In this document: positions 40,948 to 51,103 of the stretch, piece after piece
Position numbering within the stretch: the first letter of the stretch is position 1
Layout of the letters: each line of letters starts with the position of its first letter
Made by a program: the position numbers and the translations under genes
Origin: a virus
Length of the DNA stretch: 64,000 nt
IMG/VR virus record: IMGVR_UViG_3300034198_013268
Span: 1-64,000 of that record
Direction: 5' to 3' (one strand)
The notes under the pieces: model-generated
The model's database searches: none
What the model was told of the DNA's origin: nothing
Seen by the model: the letters and a program-made list of their open reading frames with translations, nothing else

Positions 40948-42431
40948 TATTCCTCCGTTGTGAGTTCTGATTCGGCAGAAAGAATTTCAAATTCCATCAG
41001 TGTGGAAACAAAATTATCCTCTGCTGATTTTTCGCTATTCTTAGGCATTGCTGAACCGGTTGCCCAACTTCCTGGAATTAGTTCTTCCAACCCGAGGTCA
41101 ACTGCACGCTTCATGATGTGAGCTTTTGCTGCTTCTGGGTCTTTTGCTCTACCGAACGCCTGAACAGCATTGCGGAGGTCGTTTTCATCCGCGATTGGAT
41201 ACGAGCCGTCTGGAAGTGCAGAGCCCTTGCTGGCCATCGAACCACGAGTTTCTTCGCTGTACGCTCGCTTGAGTGCAATCTCTGCAGCTTCTGCTTCGAT
41301 AGCGCTGGCTTCTTCTTGGGTGTACTCGTCGTATCCAAGAACTTCACCATCAAGAGAAACAAAAACGTCGTAAGACTTTCCGTTCATTCCCTCAATTTCA
41401 ACAGCGTAAACATCGTAGCCTTCAAATACATCGGGCTCTACTGCAACAATATCGCCTTCGACGCTCTTTGTTGCAATCTCTGCTGCTTCTCCAAAACCAA
41501 TCATGACCTTGTTTTCCAAAGCTGATTTAACTTGCATCACGTCGTTATTAAGCATGTGCCAGCCCATGACTTCACCGGTAGAACCATCAAAGAAGATTTC
41601 TACAGGCTTGCCATCTTTACGCTCAACGTCAACAACAAAAAGGTCTGCCTCATCTGAGTAGCCAGAGTCAAGAACTTTGCCGCGGAACATATCCTCGGCC
41701 ATTCCCTCAACTTCGATTAGCGCCGGCATTCCCTTTTCGGAAACACATCCACCAGGGCATGAATCACAAACTTGCGTTCCGCCTGGGTAAACCTTACGGT
41801 CATATGAACAGATAAATGCGTTCTTGTCAAACTCTGAAGACTTATAACCCATGCTCATGAGGCGACGCTTTTTCATTTGTTCACGTGTTGCCTGAAGCGG
41901 GTTGCCCTGAGCATCCTCTTCTTCCTCGTCCATGCCGTTGTCCATTTCGTCTTCAGCATCCCACTCAGCATCTTCCATAGCAATTGGCGTACGCTTCTTT
42001 TTTGGAGCGGAACGACTGACATACATATCGCCTTCATCAACCATGTCGTCATCTTCGTGCATCATCTTCATGTCTTCGTCTGCCATCATTGTGCCGTCTG
42101 GCATCATGTGTGTTCTCTTTTTCTTGATAGGCATCCCATTTTCGTCTTCAAGCTCCTCGTCGACTCCGCCGTCGGTGACGTCTTCTGCATCGTATAGGTC
42201 ATCATTCATTCCAGCATCAAGAGCCGTGCCCTTGGGTTTCATCACTGGTTTTTTCGAAACAGGAATTTCTGGATTACCAACCATCCCCATTTTTACTTGC
42301 TGAGCCAAGGCTCCACATTTTCCGCAGACCTTAGCGCCTGGCTGATAGCCACATTCGCCCAGGTCTAATCCTTTGGCACAAACAGAAATTTCTCCATCTG
42401 CGTTTAACTTAGCTATCGGTGCGTCAGCCAT
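40947..42431 (-). CDS. Acidic protein with Cys clusters, two PepSY-like repeats and a DUF6582-like C-terminus; possible scaffold or protease regulator
   Basis: VEIFFDGSTGEV and AAEIA..VEGDIVAVE...YAVEI...DVFVSLDGEVL; ALPDGSYPI...DLRNAVQAFGRA. Confidence 0.7.
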   Translation of the reverse strand: MADAPIAKLNADGEISVCAKGLDLGECGYQPGAKVCGKCGALAQQVKMGMVGNPEIPVSKKPVMKPKGTALDAGMNDDLYDAEDVTDGGVDEELEDENGMPIKKKRTHMMPDGTMMADEDMKMMHEDDDMVDEGDMYVSRSAPKKKRTPIAMEDAEWDAEDEMDNGMDEEEEDAQGNPLQATREQMKKRRLMSMGYKSSEFDKNAFICSYDRKVYPGGTQVCDSCPGGCVSEKGMPALIEVEGMAEDMFRGKVLDSGYSDEADLFVVDVERKDGKPVEIFFDGSTGEVMGWHMLNNDVMQVKSALENKVMIGFGEAAEIATKSVEGDIVAVEPDVFEGYDVYAVEIEGMNGKSYDVFVSLDGEVLGYDEYTQEEASAIEAEAAEIALKRAYSEETRGSMASKGSALPDGSYPIADENDLRNAVQAFGRAKDPEAAKAHIMKRAVDLGLEELIPGSWATGSAMPKNSEKSAEDNFVSTLMEFEILSAESELTTEE

Positions 42432-42835
42432 TAGAATTTCTCCTTATATTGCATAGAACCGGACAGGCAACCTTTTGGGTTGGAACATCCTCCACATGGA
42501 GACGTTCGTGATTCTCCCGAGACCATGCAGCGATACTTATGCGAATTTTTGTGTTGTTGTATAGGTTTAGCATAACCTATAACTGGCTTGCTCTGGCTGA
42601 CGTCAACACGTTTTTTGGGTCGCGTAAACCTGGTTGACTTCTCTTCCAGCAAGGTTTTTTTATCTATTAATAAAGTGTCAACTGTTCCAGTTTTTTCAAG
42701 CGAGATTAAGCTCTTGTGGAGACAGTCAAGTAATTCCCCAAAATGTGCTGCTTCTGTTTTTTGACCACTGATGAGTGCAGTTTTGAAAAGCTCAGCAATG
42801 TCGTCTATTTCACTGATGATTGACTCTTCTGTCAT
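42431..42835 (-). CDS. Hypothetical protein with C-terminal Cys cluster
   Basis: RCMVSG...CGGC..PKGC, similar to a Cys cluster in the next gene; TAATG coupling. Confidence 0.7.
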   Translation of the reverse strand: MTEESIISEIDDIAELFKTALISGQKTEAAHFGELLDCLHKSLISLEKTGTVDTLLIDKKTLLEEKSTRFTRPKKRVDVSQSKPVIGYAKPIQQHKNSHKYRCMVSGESRTSPCGGCSNPKGCLSGSMQYKEKF

Positions 42836-42840
42836 GTGGG

Positions 42841-45171
42841 TTATTCTGCCCAGTTTGACAATAAGTTGGTAGTTGCATCAATCGCGGCATTGCTCATCTG
42901 AGATACTCCAAGAATTTTGATTCCGTCTTCTGTGACGAGAGACTTAATGGAGTGGTATCTTGCCACTTCTTCTAGACACGACTTTGCTTCAAATAGGTTC
43001 TGTATGTCAATCGGGAAAAGAAAAGCATCTAAATCCTGAGTTTCAAATTGAAACCCCGACTTGACGTGAAGGTCAGCAGACTCAGAAATAGAAACATAAA
43101 TCTCTGATTTTCTACCATGTAGTTTTTTGGGCGACATAGGCGGCATGCGGTTATTTTTGTATTTTTCAAACGGGTCATCGGGTGGTTCACCGCCACTGCC
43201 GCCAGCGGCCGCCATTGGACGTGGTTTTTCCACAAACGAGGCCGGAAGTCTTTGCGGAACACGCTCAGGAACTGGCCTTGACGGTGCTGGAGCTGGTGTA
43301 CTAGGACGAGACGGCACAGGGCGCGGGATTGGTGTTTTCTCTGGCACTTTCTCCGGAACCTCAATTGGCTCATCTGTCTTAGGCATGCGAGGAGCAATTT
43401 TTCTTGGAGCAGGAAGATTGTCGAGACCAGTGGGTCCTGTAACAAAACCGTCACTATCTCCGTCGTATTTTGCTGGTTCCACTCGTACGGCGGCTCTAGC
43501 ACCACCAATTGTTTGTCTTGCTTGTCGAGGTAGCGCTTTCTCTAAGGCGTCCAGGGCACTAACTACCGCGTTAGATGCTTCATTTCCATACCAGTCAATG
43601 TTAGGGATAGCAAAGCCATCACTAAGAAGCTCTACAGTGAATCCGTGATGAAAGCCTATTTCATTAGCCGCCTCAAATGACTCAATATCATCAGATTTAA
43701 TAAACATATGGATTCCAGGGTTTTCAGACTTAAAATCATTCCAGGAAGCCATTGGCGTTGAAATGCCGCATGAGCCGCCGCATTCTCCACCACAAGCACA
43801 GTCCGACTTTTGCCCACCACATGCGCCGCCACAGCCACATGAACCATGGCTTTCTTCGTGCTCTTCGTGGTGGGAGTCATTTATTGGCATGTATACAACT
43901 TCAGCCCTAACTGGAGTTGCTGCCCCAAACATAAAATCAACACCATTGGGAGTGTGATAGCTGCCGCGAAGTGTTTCCGTGTGCCCATCTCTGGTTAAAT
44001 CAAATACAACAATATTTTCTTCAGCGCTTCTGATTACTATTTCTCCACCAAAATGAATGCTGATATTTTTAGCAAGAGCACCCATTCTGCCCGCTATAGG
44101 GTTTTGCCCCACTTCACCAGGACTATAAATAATTTCGTCAGTTTTTTTAAAGATTCTTCTGCCCATACCCCAAAAAAACTTTTCTTCTTCGTTGTCGGGA
44201 AATTCTTTAGCATTGCTGTATTTTTTTAAAAGGTTTCTTCCTTTTTGTGCCAGCTTTGCTGCATCTTGAGCGTTTTTGGGTACTGGCTCTCCCCATGCTG
44301 CGGCAGATAGCGCCAGTCTTGTCGGTTTGCCATCGTCGCCAACCATTGGTCCTGATGGGTTTGTAAAAAACCGAGTCAGGAACGAACCCTTGCGACGCAT
44401 TTTCTCAGGGGTGTTTGCAGGCCCCTTTACGCCTGGCTTAAGATTTGCTCCCTCAGTTCGTTTAAAATACTTTCTTCCGGCTGCCGTGAGGCCGCCATCT
44501 GGGTCCTTGAGTGGTTCGTCGGCGCTCTTTTGGCTGCCGTCAATAGGAATGCAATTAGGAACCATCTTGCCATCTTTGCCTGGCTTCATGCCCAACTGTT
44601 CGTAGCCGGGCCAGCATGGTCCAGAATCTGCAGCTTTCTGCTCGTCAGATTTGATTGATAGCGTGGCTGTTAGTTGATTTGCTCCATGCAGAACTGGAGA
44701 AACTTCGTATAGCTCAACTTCTTTAAGGAGATTGGCTTGTTGACTTGAGTCAAAAACGGCATCAAGTGTTTTGTACCCAATTGACCACTCTTGCTCTTCC
44801 CCAAAGAAAGCAACGTTTGCAAAAGCTTCGCGCCCTTTCTCGGCAGCAAGGTTAAATTGTACTCTTGCAAAAAGTCCGCCAACGCGCTTTTCTCTCATTT
44901 TTGCTGGAAGACGAGGGTCGTTTGGACCAACCTCGTATATCTCAAGAACTTTACCAATTGGCTCATTCCAGTTATGTCCCCAGACAACGCGAGGCTTACG
45001 GCGCTTAAGCGATGAACTAAAGCATCCAGGCAAACAAATGTCACCAACGCTGTCTTTGTTTCCCAATGCTGCCACAAAACATTCAACTAAACCCTGGGCT
45101 TGATTTACGTTTACTTGGCCAGGGATGGACTTGTACAGAGTTTCAGTAAAGTTTGATGTCTGAAATGACAT
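42841..45171 (-). CDS. HK97-family prohead protease with about 590-aa C-terminal extension
   Basis: N.DS.GD...PG.F, WGHNWNEPIG, EWSIGY, LKEVELYEVSPV..GAN; then CWPGY..VPNC, DUF6321-like GGLTAAGRKYF, His/Cys cluster and Pro-rich tract. Confidence 0.92.
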   Translation of the reverse strand: MSFQTSNFTETLYKSIPGQVNVNQAQGLVECFVAALGNKDSVGDICLPGCFSSSLKRRKPRVVWGHNWNEPIGKVLEIYEVGPNDPRLPAKMREKRVGGLFARVQFNLAAEKGREAFANVAFFGEEQEWSIGYKTLDAVFDSSQQANLLKEVELYEVSPVLHGANQLTATLSIKSDEQKAADSGPCWPGYEQLGMKPGKDGKMVPNCIPIDGSQKSADEPLKDPDGGLTAAGRKYFKRTEGANLKPGVKGPANTPEKMRRKGSFLTRFFTNPSGPMVGDDGKPTRLALSAAAWGEPVPKNAQDAAKLAQKGRNLLKKYSNAKEFPDNEEEKFFWGMGRRIFKKTDEIIYSPGEVGQNPIAGRMGALAKNISIHFGGEIVIRSAEENIVVFDLTRDGHTETLRGSYHTPNGVDFMFGAATPVRAEVVYMPINDSHHEEHEESHGSCGCGGACGGQKSDCACGGECGGSCGISTPMASWNDFKSENPGIHMFIKSDDIESFEAANEIGFHHGFTVELLSDGFAIPNIDWYGNEASNAVVSALDALEKALPRQARQTIGGARAAVRVEPAKYDGDSDGFVTGPTGLDNLPAPRKIAPRMPKTDEPIEVPEKVPEKTPIPRPVPSRPSTPAPAPSRPVPERVPQRLPASFVEKPRPMAAAGGSGGEPPDDPFEKYKNNRMPPMSPKKLHGRKSEIYVSISESADLHVKSGFQFETQDLDAFLFPIDIQNLFEAKSCLEEVARYHSIKSLVTEDGIKILGVSQMSNAAIDATTNLLSNWAE

Positions 45172-45277
45172 GCGTCTACCTTTCGAGCGAACTCTTTTAA
45201 TGATAAACCGTCAGAACCCTCTTCAGGTATAACAATTTAAAGGTATTAGTGCCTTTTAGTAAACTGTAGGACTTTTA

Positions 45278-47551
45278 TTAATCTACGCTAAAACGAAGTT
45301 TACAGCGGCAGTTCATAGCCAGGTGAGGCGGAGCTAACGGGTCGCCAGGAAAACGAAGTTCTCCATCATCGAACGTAAATGCACCAGATACAGGAATACT
45401 CTTTCCTTCAAGAAGTCTATGCTCCCCACGTACTTTTGCGTCTTTACGAGTTGCCCATGTTTTAGACGATGCTCCCACTTGTTTTGCGCCAAAGTAAAGG
45501 CCGGCGTTATATGAGCTTTGACCTTCGTGTTCCGCCATTACTCTTTTCTTTTTGGAAAGAAGATTGATAAAAATTGCCGCAAGAGCAGCTTTCAGCATCC
45601 CAATCTTGTCTTCTTCGCTAGACAGCGCAGAAGAAATTAATATTGCCGAAGCAACCTCATTGCGGGTTGTGTCGTTTGCTTTGCGTGTTCGCTCTATTTG
45701 AGCATCAAGAAATTCTTTAACTTCTTCTTCGTCCATCTCTATTGGCATAGATGTCTGCTGATTAACCAAACCAGAAGCGTCCTTAACTATCCCTGAATAC
45801 ACAGGACGAAGGTCTTCTTCTATTTGCTTATTCCAAACATTGATATCAAAAATAGAATCAACTTCAAGATTTCCGGCTTCTATAGCTTTGCGAGATTTTG
45901 CTCCACTGGCTTTTTCCATAACAACGCGTTGCTGTCTTTCAAAAAAACGCTCTAGGTTTCTATCGAGTATTTCTGTCCAGCTATCGGCACTTTGGTCTGC
46001 TTTTGTTTCCCACTCCGATATTTGTGACCATTCTGCAGTTTTGGTACTCATACCGCCCTGGTCTGCTGAAAGGGCACTAGGAGACCCCTGAGGCATGTTT
46101 GCTGCAACACTTTGCTGTTGTGTGGCCTGTTCTGCCATTAAAGCTGCGGTCATTCCTTCCGCTGGAGATGCTTGTCCTGTGGCGTCAATCATTTGAGGCA
46201 CGGCTGGAGGCTGCTCTCCCGGTGGCGGCACTGCACCTTCGGGTCCTGCTGGCATTGCTCCGGCAGCTGCTACGCCAGGCATTCCTGGTTGCGGTGGGGG
46301 CTGTGCAGTTGAATCAAATTTCTTATCCGTATAACCAATTGGAGTCAAGTTAGGGTTGGCTAACATTGCTTGCATTAAATCAGAATCAATATGCTTACGA
46401 CCTGTTTGCATTCTGTATTCATTGCCGCTAATTAAACCGTTTTGGAATTCATCAAGCAAATAGCGTTCGCGCTCCTGCTTGTACAAAATGAGGATAGGGA
46501 CTTCAGATGTGTCAAAGTCAATGTAGTACTCGTCGTCCAACTCATCAAGGGCACGACCAATCAATTCCATGTGGGGAAGCATTGTTTCGTTCCAGAAGAC
46601 GCGATGTTCTTCTGCGGCGTTTGAGAATGTTCGTCCTGAAGCATTGCCGATTACTGATTCTGGGACACCAAACGAAGCAAGGATTTCTTCTTTTGTAATC
46701 TGGCGCATTTGGATGTAATTTGCGTCGCGAGGGCTAGCACCGGTATCTACGTAATCAACGCCTTCATCTGAAGAAACAACAGTAATTGAACCAGCACGGT
46801 TTACGTTTCCTCTAAACCTGGCGCGAAGTTCATCCTTATCATCGTCATCAATTTCACCGCGAACAACAATCATTCCACCCGGACGACCATCATTTAAAAG
46901 GAAGTTGCGGTTGTATGTCTTGGATAAGTTTTCAATTTCTATTGCTATTCCAGCAGACTCCAAGGGGGTCAGGGAGAGGTAGGGGTCAAGGGGGTGAGGC
47001 TTGCGAACCCAAATAACGTCTTCCGGTTTTAGGTATATTTTTGTCCCATTGCGCATATCGACCTCAAAGCCGGATACAAATGTTTTTGGGTCAGGGATGG
47101 GTGCCGTATGTTGGGGCGGTAGAAGCTGCAACGCAATAATAGAGCCATCTCGGCCTCGCACTTTCTCTATGAATGCTCCACGGGAAGACATGAGTAACTG
47201 GGAAGATAGTCGATAACGGAATATGAATGAGTTCTCAGCCATATTGGCTTTGGAGTTCAAAATGTCAAGGATTTTATTGTCCTTATTATCTTTGACAATT
47301 TTTCCGTGGGGGGAGTTGTCGGCACGCAAGATAGCTGGAAGACGACTCTGGTTGCCAGCAATAGCATCGATGCATCGGTTTACCCATGTGACCTTTGCCA
47401 TTCCCTCTCTGTAGGCGCGTTCTATGTCCCAAGAATCTTTGTACGGGCGTCCAACCATGCCTGTATTGAAGGCAACAGGCGCACCAGGCGTCATGATAGA
47501 TTTAGCTTCCGAGTTACCTAAAGACTTATTGCTACTTGAGTTCCATGCCAT
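45278..47551 (-). CDS. HK97-family portal protein fused to a MuF (SPP1 gp7-like) domain
   Basis: GAFIE.VR...LQLLPP, NFLLNDGRPGG, EILASFGVP..IG...TFSNA; C-terminal K.W....D.KVR..H...FPGDP...NCRC. Confidence 0.93.
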   Translation of the reverse strand: MAWNSSSNKSLGNSEAKSIMTPGAPVAFNTGMVGRPYKDSWDIERAYREGMAKVTWVNRCIDAIAGNQSRLPAILRADNSPHGKIVKDNKDNKILDILNSKANMAENSFIFRYRLSSQLLMSSRGAFIEKVRGRDGSIIALQLLPPQHTAPIPDPKTFVSGFEVDMRNGTKIYLKPEDVIWVRKPHPLDPYLSLTPLESAGIAIEIENLSKTYNRNFLLNDGRPGGMIVVRGEIDDDDKDELRARFRGNVNRAGSITVVSSDEGVDYVDTGASPRDANYIQMRQITKEEILASFGVPESVIGNASGRTFSNAAEEHRVFWNETMLPHMELIGRALDELDDEYYIDFDTSEVPILILYKQERERYLLDEFQNGLISGNEYRMQTGRKHIDSDLMQAMLANPNLTPIGYTDKKFDSTAQPPPQPGMPGVAAAGAMPAGPEGAVPPPGEQPPAVPQMIDATGQASPAEGMTAALMAEQATQQQSVAANMPQGSPSALSADQGGMSTKTAEWSQISEWETKADQSADSWTEILDRNLERFFERQQRVVMEKASGAKSRKAIEAGNLEVDSIFDINVWNKQIEEDLRPVYSGIVKDASGLVNQQTSMPIEMDEEEVKEFLDAQIERTRKANDTTRNEVASAILISSALSSEEDKIGMLKAALAAIFINLLSKKKRVMAEHEGQSSYNAGLYFGAKQVGASSKTWATRKDAKVRGEHRLLEGKSIPVSGAFTFDDGELRFPGDPLAPPHLAMNCRCKLRFSVD

Positions 47552-47561
47552 ATTTATTTAC

Positions 47562-47729
47562 TTATTCCAGTCCTAGGAGGAGCCCAACTATGCCACAGGC
47601 GATTCCTGCAGATATAAAGCCAACAGACACGTCAATTAAAAACGCGCCGATAGATGTCATAATTATAAATGACCCTATGAGTATATTGGCGCTTGTAGCG
47701 CGGGTTAGTCGTTTGAGGACGTTTTTCAC
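47562..47729 (-). CDS. 55-aa two-TM membrane protein upstream of portal
   Basis: GTG start, MKNVLKRLTRATSANILIGSFIIMTSIGAFLIDVSVGFISAGIACGIVGLLLGLE; absent from the track. Confidence 0.65.
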   Translation of the reverse strand: MKNVLKRLTRATSANILIGSFIIMTSIGAFLIDVSVGFISAGIACGIVGLLLGLE

Positions 47730-47802
47730 CGGTGTACCCTGTTTTCCGAATGATTATGTATGGTTTAATACTAGTAGGAAAAATGCTGAACAATAGGATG
47801 AT

Positions 47803-49107
47803 ATGACAAATTGGCAAGAAGTTTTAGAGTACCTAGAACCCAAGAAACCGTCTTTCTGTCCAGAAGAAGCGTCACTAACCCAAAAAGTTTTTTTGAGGAC
47901 TTACTCAATGGAAGCTCTTTTTGGCGGAGCGGCTGGTGGTGGAAAAAGTTCCGCGCTACTGATGGCTGCCCTTCAGTATGTAGATATCCCAGGATATTCA
48001 GCTATTTTATTTCGTCGTACGTATGCCGACTTGGCTCTTCCTGGAGCTTTGATGGACCGTTTTAGGTCTTGGATTTCTAATTATGACGATGTTCATTGGA
48101 ACGCTAATAGCTATGTAGCTACGTTTCCATCGGGGGCCAGAATTTCGTTTGGTTACCTAAACAATACAAATGACTACCTTCGTTATAAGGGTTCGGAATT
48201 TCAATTTATAGGCATGGACGAGGTCACCGAAATTAGAGAAGCCGACTATAGATATCTCTTCTCCCGACTACGCCGGCCAAGCACAGGTGAGCTCTCTAAG
48301 GTTCCGTTGCGTATGCGCGCCGCCTCAAACCCTGCTCCCAATTGGGTTAGACAAAGATTTATTGTTGAAGGCGATACCGCTGGTCGTATATTTGTGCCTT
48401 CAATGCTTACTGACAACCCGGGAATTGATGCCGAGTCTTACAGACAGTCTCTCTCTGCCCTGGACCCCATAGAACGCCGCAGACTAGAGATGGGAGACTG
48501 GTGGGCTACCAGTCTTGGTACACTCTTTGATAGAACCTCGTTCGTCATAGTCGACCATACCGAAGTGCCGCATGTCACATCAGCCGCAAGAGCAGTTCGT
48601 TTCTGGGACCTTGCCGCCACGGAACCATCTCACTCAAACCCGAACCCTGACTGGACAGTTGGGACACTGATGTTATTTGACCAAGGGATAGCTTACGTCC
48701 TGGACATTAAACGAGCCAGGGTAAAAAACGAGAAAGTAGAACAGCTGGTTGCTCAAACCGCTATTGAGGATGGTCATGCTGTCTCAATTAGAATGGAGCA
48801 AGAACCCGGTTCTTCCGGTAAAGCACTGGTTGACCAATACGCAAGGTACGTTGTACCTGGGTATGACCTGATTGGAATACGACCAACCGGAGACAAAGTG
48901 ACTCGAGCCAGACCTTTTGCTGCAGCCGCAGCCAATGGAAACGTACGGCTCGTTAGGGGTCCTTGGCTTTCTGACTGGCTCGATGAATTCTCTTCTTTTC
49001 CTGAAGCGGGAGACCATGACGACCAAGTTGACTCCGCCGTGGGAGCTTTTACACATTTAGCAGGTTTGGGGTTGCCACAACGACGACCAACCCATATACT
49101 CATCTAG
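47803..49107 (+). CDS. terL: Terminase large subunit
   Basis: Walker A FGGAAGGGKS, Walker B IGMDE, motif III ASNP, nuclease WDLA and HDDQVD. Confidence 0.96.
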   Translation: MTNWQEVLEYLEPKKPSFCPEEASLTQKVFLRTYSMEALFGGAAGGGKSSALLMAALQYVDIPGYSAILFRRTYADLALPGALMDRFRSWISNYDDVHWNANSYVATFPSGARISFGYLNNTNDYLRYKGSEFQFIGMDEVTEIREADYRYLFSRLRRPSTGELSKVPLRMRAASNPAPNWVRQRFIVEGDTAGRIFVPSMLTDNPGIDAESYRQSLSALDPIERRRLEMGDWWATSLGTLFDRTSFVIVDHTEVPHVTSAARAVRFWDLAATEPSHSNPNPDWTVGTLMLFDQGIAYVLDIKRARVKNEKVEQLVAQTAIEDGHAVSIRMEQEPGSSGKALVDQYARYVVPGYDLIGIRPTGDKVTRARPFAAAAANGNVRLVRGPWLSDWLDEFSSFPEAGDHDDQVDSAVGAFTHLAGLGLPQRRPTHILI

Positions 49108-49135
49108 GTAAACCTACTACCTACCTAGGAGACTC

Positions 49136-49666
49136 ATGAAAAATGAGGACACCCCTAATAGCAATGCGCTATTAGAAAACTGGCAAAATGCCGTTGATAC
49201 CGTCAATCAAGCAATTATCCAAATGGATTCGCTATTTAAAGAGATAGCCGATACTCAAGCTATTGAAGAAGTATGCATTCGCATGTCTGACCTGCACTCA
49301 ATAAAAGCATCAATCGCAATGGTGTATGACACCGGCGCAAAATTTACAACAGATGCTATGGGCAACCTCGGTGAAGTCAATCTTCCTAATGGAGTAAAGA
49401 TTGAAAAGAAAACTGGTGCTGACCGTAAGACATGGCAGCACGTAGATTTGGCCAAAAATATTGCTAGTCGATTGAGCGACATGTCGGTAGATATGGAAAC
49501 TGGCGAAGTAATAATGAGTCCTCAAGAAATGGTTGTTAAACTTCTTGAGTATTGCGCTCCTTCCTATTGGCGCGTAAAAGAACTTGCAAAGATTGGCATT
49601 AGCGCGGACCGCTTTTGCGAAGTATCAGAACCTAAAACAAACATAATTATCCGAAAGGCTAAATAA
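49136..49666 (+). CDS. Hypothetical protein of the recombination module
   Basis: 176 aa, AGGAG RBS. Confidence 0.75.
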   Translation: MKNEDTPNSNALLENWQNAVDTVNQAIIQMDSLFKEIADTQAIEEVCIRMSDLHSIKASIAMVYDTGAKFTTDAMGNLGEVNLPNGVKIEKKTGADRKTWQHVDLAKNIASRLSDMSVDMETGEVIMSPQEMVVKLLEYCAPSYWRVKELAKIGISADRFCEVSEPKTNIIIRKAK

Positions 49667-49667
49667 C

Positions 49668-50339
49668 ATGAGCAACCTATATAACGAATTATCTAATCCG
49701 TTTCCACCCGAGATGGAACGTGAATTACGTAAAGGCGGTACCGCTCTTACCTATATTCCAGTAAGCGAAGTAATCACCCGTCTTAACAAGGTTCTCGGCG
49801 TTGAAAATTGGTCATTTGAAATTGTTTCATGCAATCGTGATTCCATTGACCCTGATTACATTGTTGCCCATGCGCGCATTACGTGGTGGACAGGAGAGCC
49901 TTCGGGGGTGGTCATTCGTGACGGCTTCGGAGGTCAAAAGATTAAGCGCACCAAAGCAGGAGACATTGTAGACCTTGGTGACGAGATGAAAGGTGCCGTA
50001 TCTGATGCTCTCAAAAAAGCCGCTCAAACATTTGGAGTAGCTCTTTACCTTGCGCGCTCAGAAGAAGCCATGTATGCAGAAGTCGAACAAGACACAGTAG
50101 CAACCCCTCCTACGCCTGCTATAAAAGTAGACTCCGAAATAGAGGGTATCTGGGAAGCTTTTATGAGTTTTACAAAGAAATTTAGTCCAGAACAAAAATC
50201 AAAATTGCGCGACATGTGGAGCGAATATAGCGACGGAGCACCAATTCCAAAGCTCAACACCGTAACTATTGAAGAAGCAGAATTCTTGCATGCTAGTGCT
50301 GTAGAAATCTCACTGGCAGAAAACTTCAAAAATGAGTGA
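49668..50339 (+). CDS. Rad52/22-family (Sak-like) ssDNA annealing protein
   Basis: LTYI...VITRLNKVLG..NWS, KGAVSDALKKAA..FGVALYL. Confidence 0.9.
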   Translation: MSNLYNELSNPFPPEMERELRKGGTALTYIPVSEVITRLNKVLGVENWSFEIVSCNRDSIDPDYIVAHARITWWTGEPSGVVIRDGFGGQKIKRTKAGDIVDLGDEMKGAVSDALKKAAQTFGVALYLARSEEAMYAEVEQDTVATPPTPAIKVDSEIEGIWEAFMSFTKKFSPEQKSKLRDMWSEYSDGAPIPKLNTVTIEEAEFLHASAVEISLAENFKNE

Positions 50340-51102
50340 GCCCGGCCAGCTCCCAGAGTACTTATCAGCGTCATCTATTGGCACTTTCCAACAATGCCCA
50401 TTGAAGTACAAGCTTTCACGTATTGACCAAATATCAGAACCTCCAACAATGCAGACGCTAATGGGCAACTTTGTCCATGAGGTCTTGGAAGAGATGTATT
50501 CAAACTTTGAGCCCGATGAACGCACTATTCAATTAGCTCGTACTATCTGTACGACAATGTGGGAATCAGGGAACTGGGCAGAACGTGTTACACCTTATCT
50601 TGGGCGTACCACAATGAATGAACTTCGATGGATGTGCTGGTGGTGCATTGAAAACCTTTTTGGAATGGAAGACCCTAAAATAGTAACTCCATCTGGAGTT
50701 GAGTGTGAAGTCAACGGTGAATTAAATGGCGTTAACATAAAAGGCTTTATTGACCGCTGGAGCGTAGAAAACGGTATTGCAAAAATAACCGACTACAAAA
50801 CTGGTAAAACACCCAGCAAGCGATACATGGACGGTAAGTTTTTTCAGCTTACCCTTTATGCCGCAATGCTCGCTAAAGATGAAGAATTTAGTTCATTTAA
50901 CCTAGAGCTTCTTTATCTAAAAGATGGAGTACGCCTAGAGGGATATGCCTCTCCTGAGGATATAAATGAAGTAATAACTGTTGTCACAAACGTAAAGGAA
51001 CAAATAAATAAATCTTATGACAATAACGACTGGACAGCAATACCAAGCAAATTATGCGACTGGTGCATATACAAAAAAACAATCTGTACGCATTGGAACT
51101 GA
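50332..51102 (+). CDS. PD-(D/E)XK RecB-like exonuclease with four-Cys cluster
   Basis: LSASSI..F.QCP, GN.VH, KGFIDR, ITDYKTG, QL.LYA, CDWC.YK..C. Confidence 0.9.
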   Translation: MSEPGQLPEYLSASSIGTFQQCPLKYKLSRIDQISEPPTMQTLMGNFVHEVLEEMYSNFEPDERTIQLARTICTTMWESGNWAERVTPYLGRTTMNELRWMCWWCIENLFGMEDPKIVTPSGVECEVNGELNGVNIKGFIDRWSVENGIAKITDYKTGKTPSKRYMDGKFFQLTLYAAMLAKDEEFSSFNLELLYLKDGVRLEGYASPEDINEVITVVTNVKEQINKSYDNNDWTAIPSKLCDWCIYKKTICTHWN

Positions 51103-51103
51103 A

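Noticed and set aside
10516-47521. Many plus-strand and alternate-frame ORFs of 60-170 aa inside the head module
   Set aside because: Shadow ORFs within long, motif-bearing, coupled minus-strand genes
10193-49107. Inteins or stop-codon recoding explaining the giant ORFs
   Set aside because: No intein terminal or LAGLIDADG motifs noticed, ORFs are open in the standard code, and TAA, TAG and TGA all serve as stops
50332-51102. Cas4 / CRISPR-associated gene
   Set aside because: The four-Cys PD-(D/E)XK nuclease is coupled to a Sak-like annealase with no cas genes or array; ordinary recombination exonuclease
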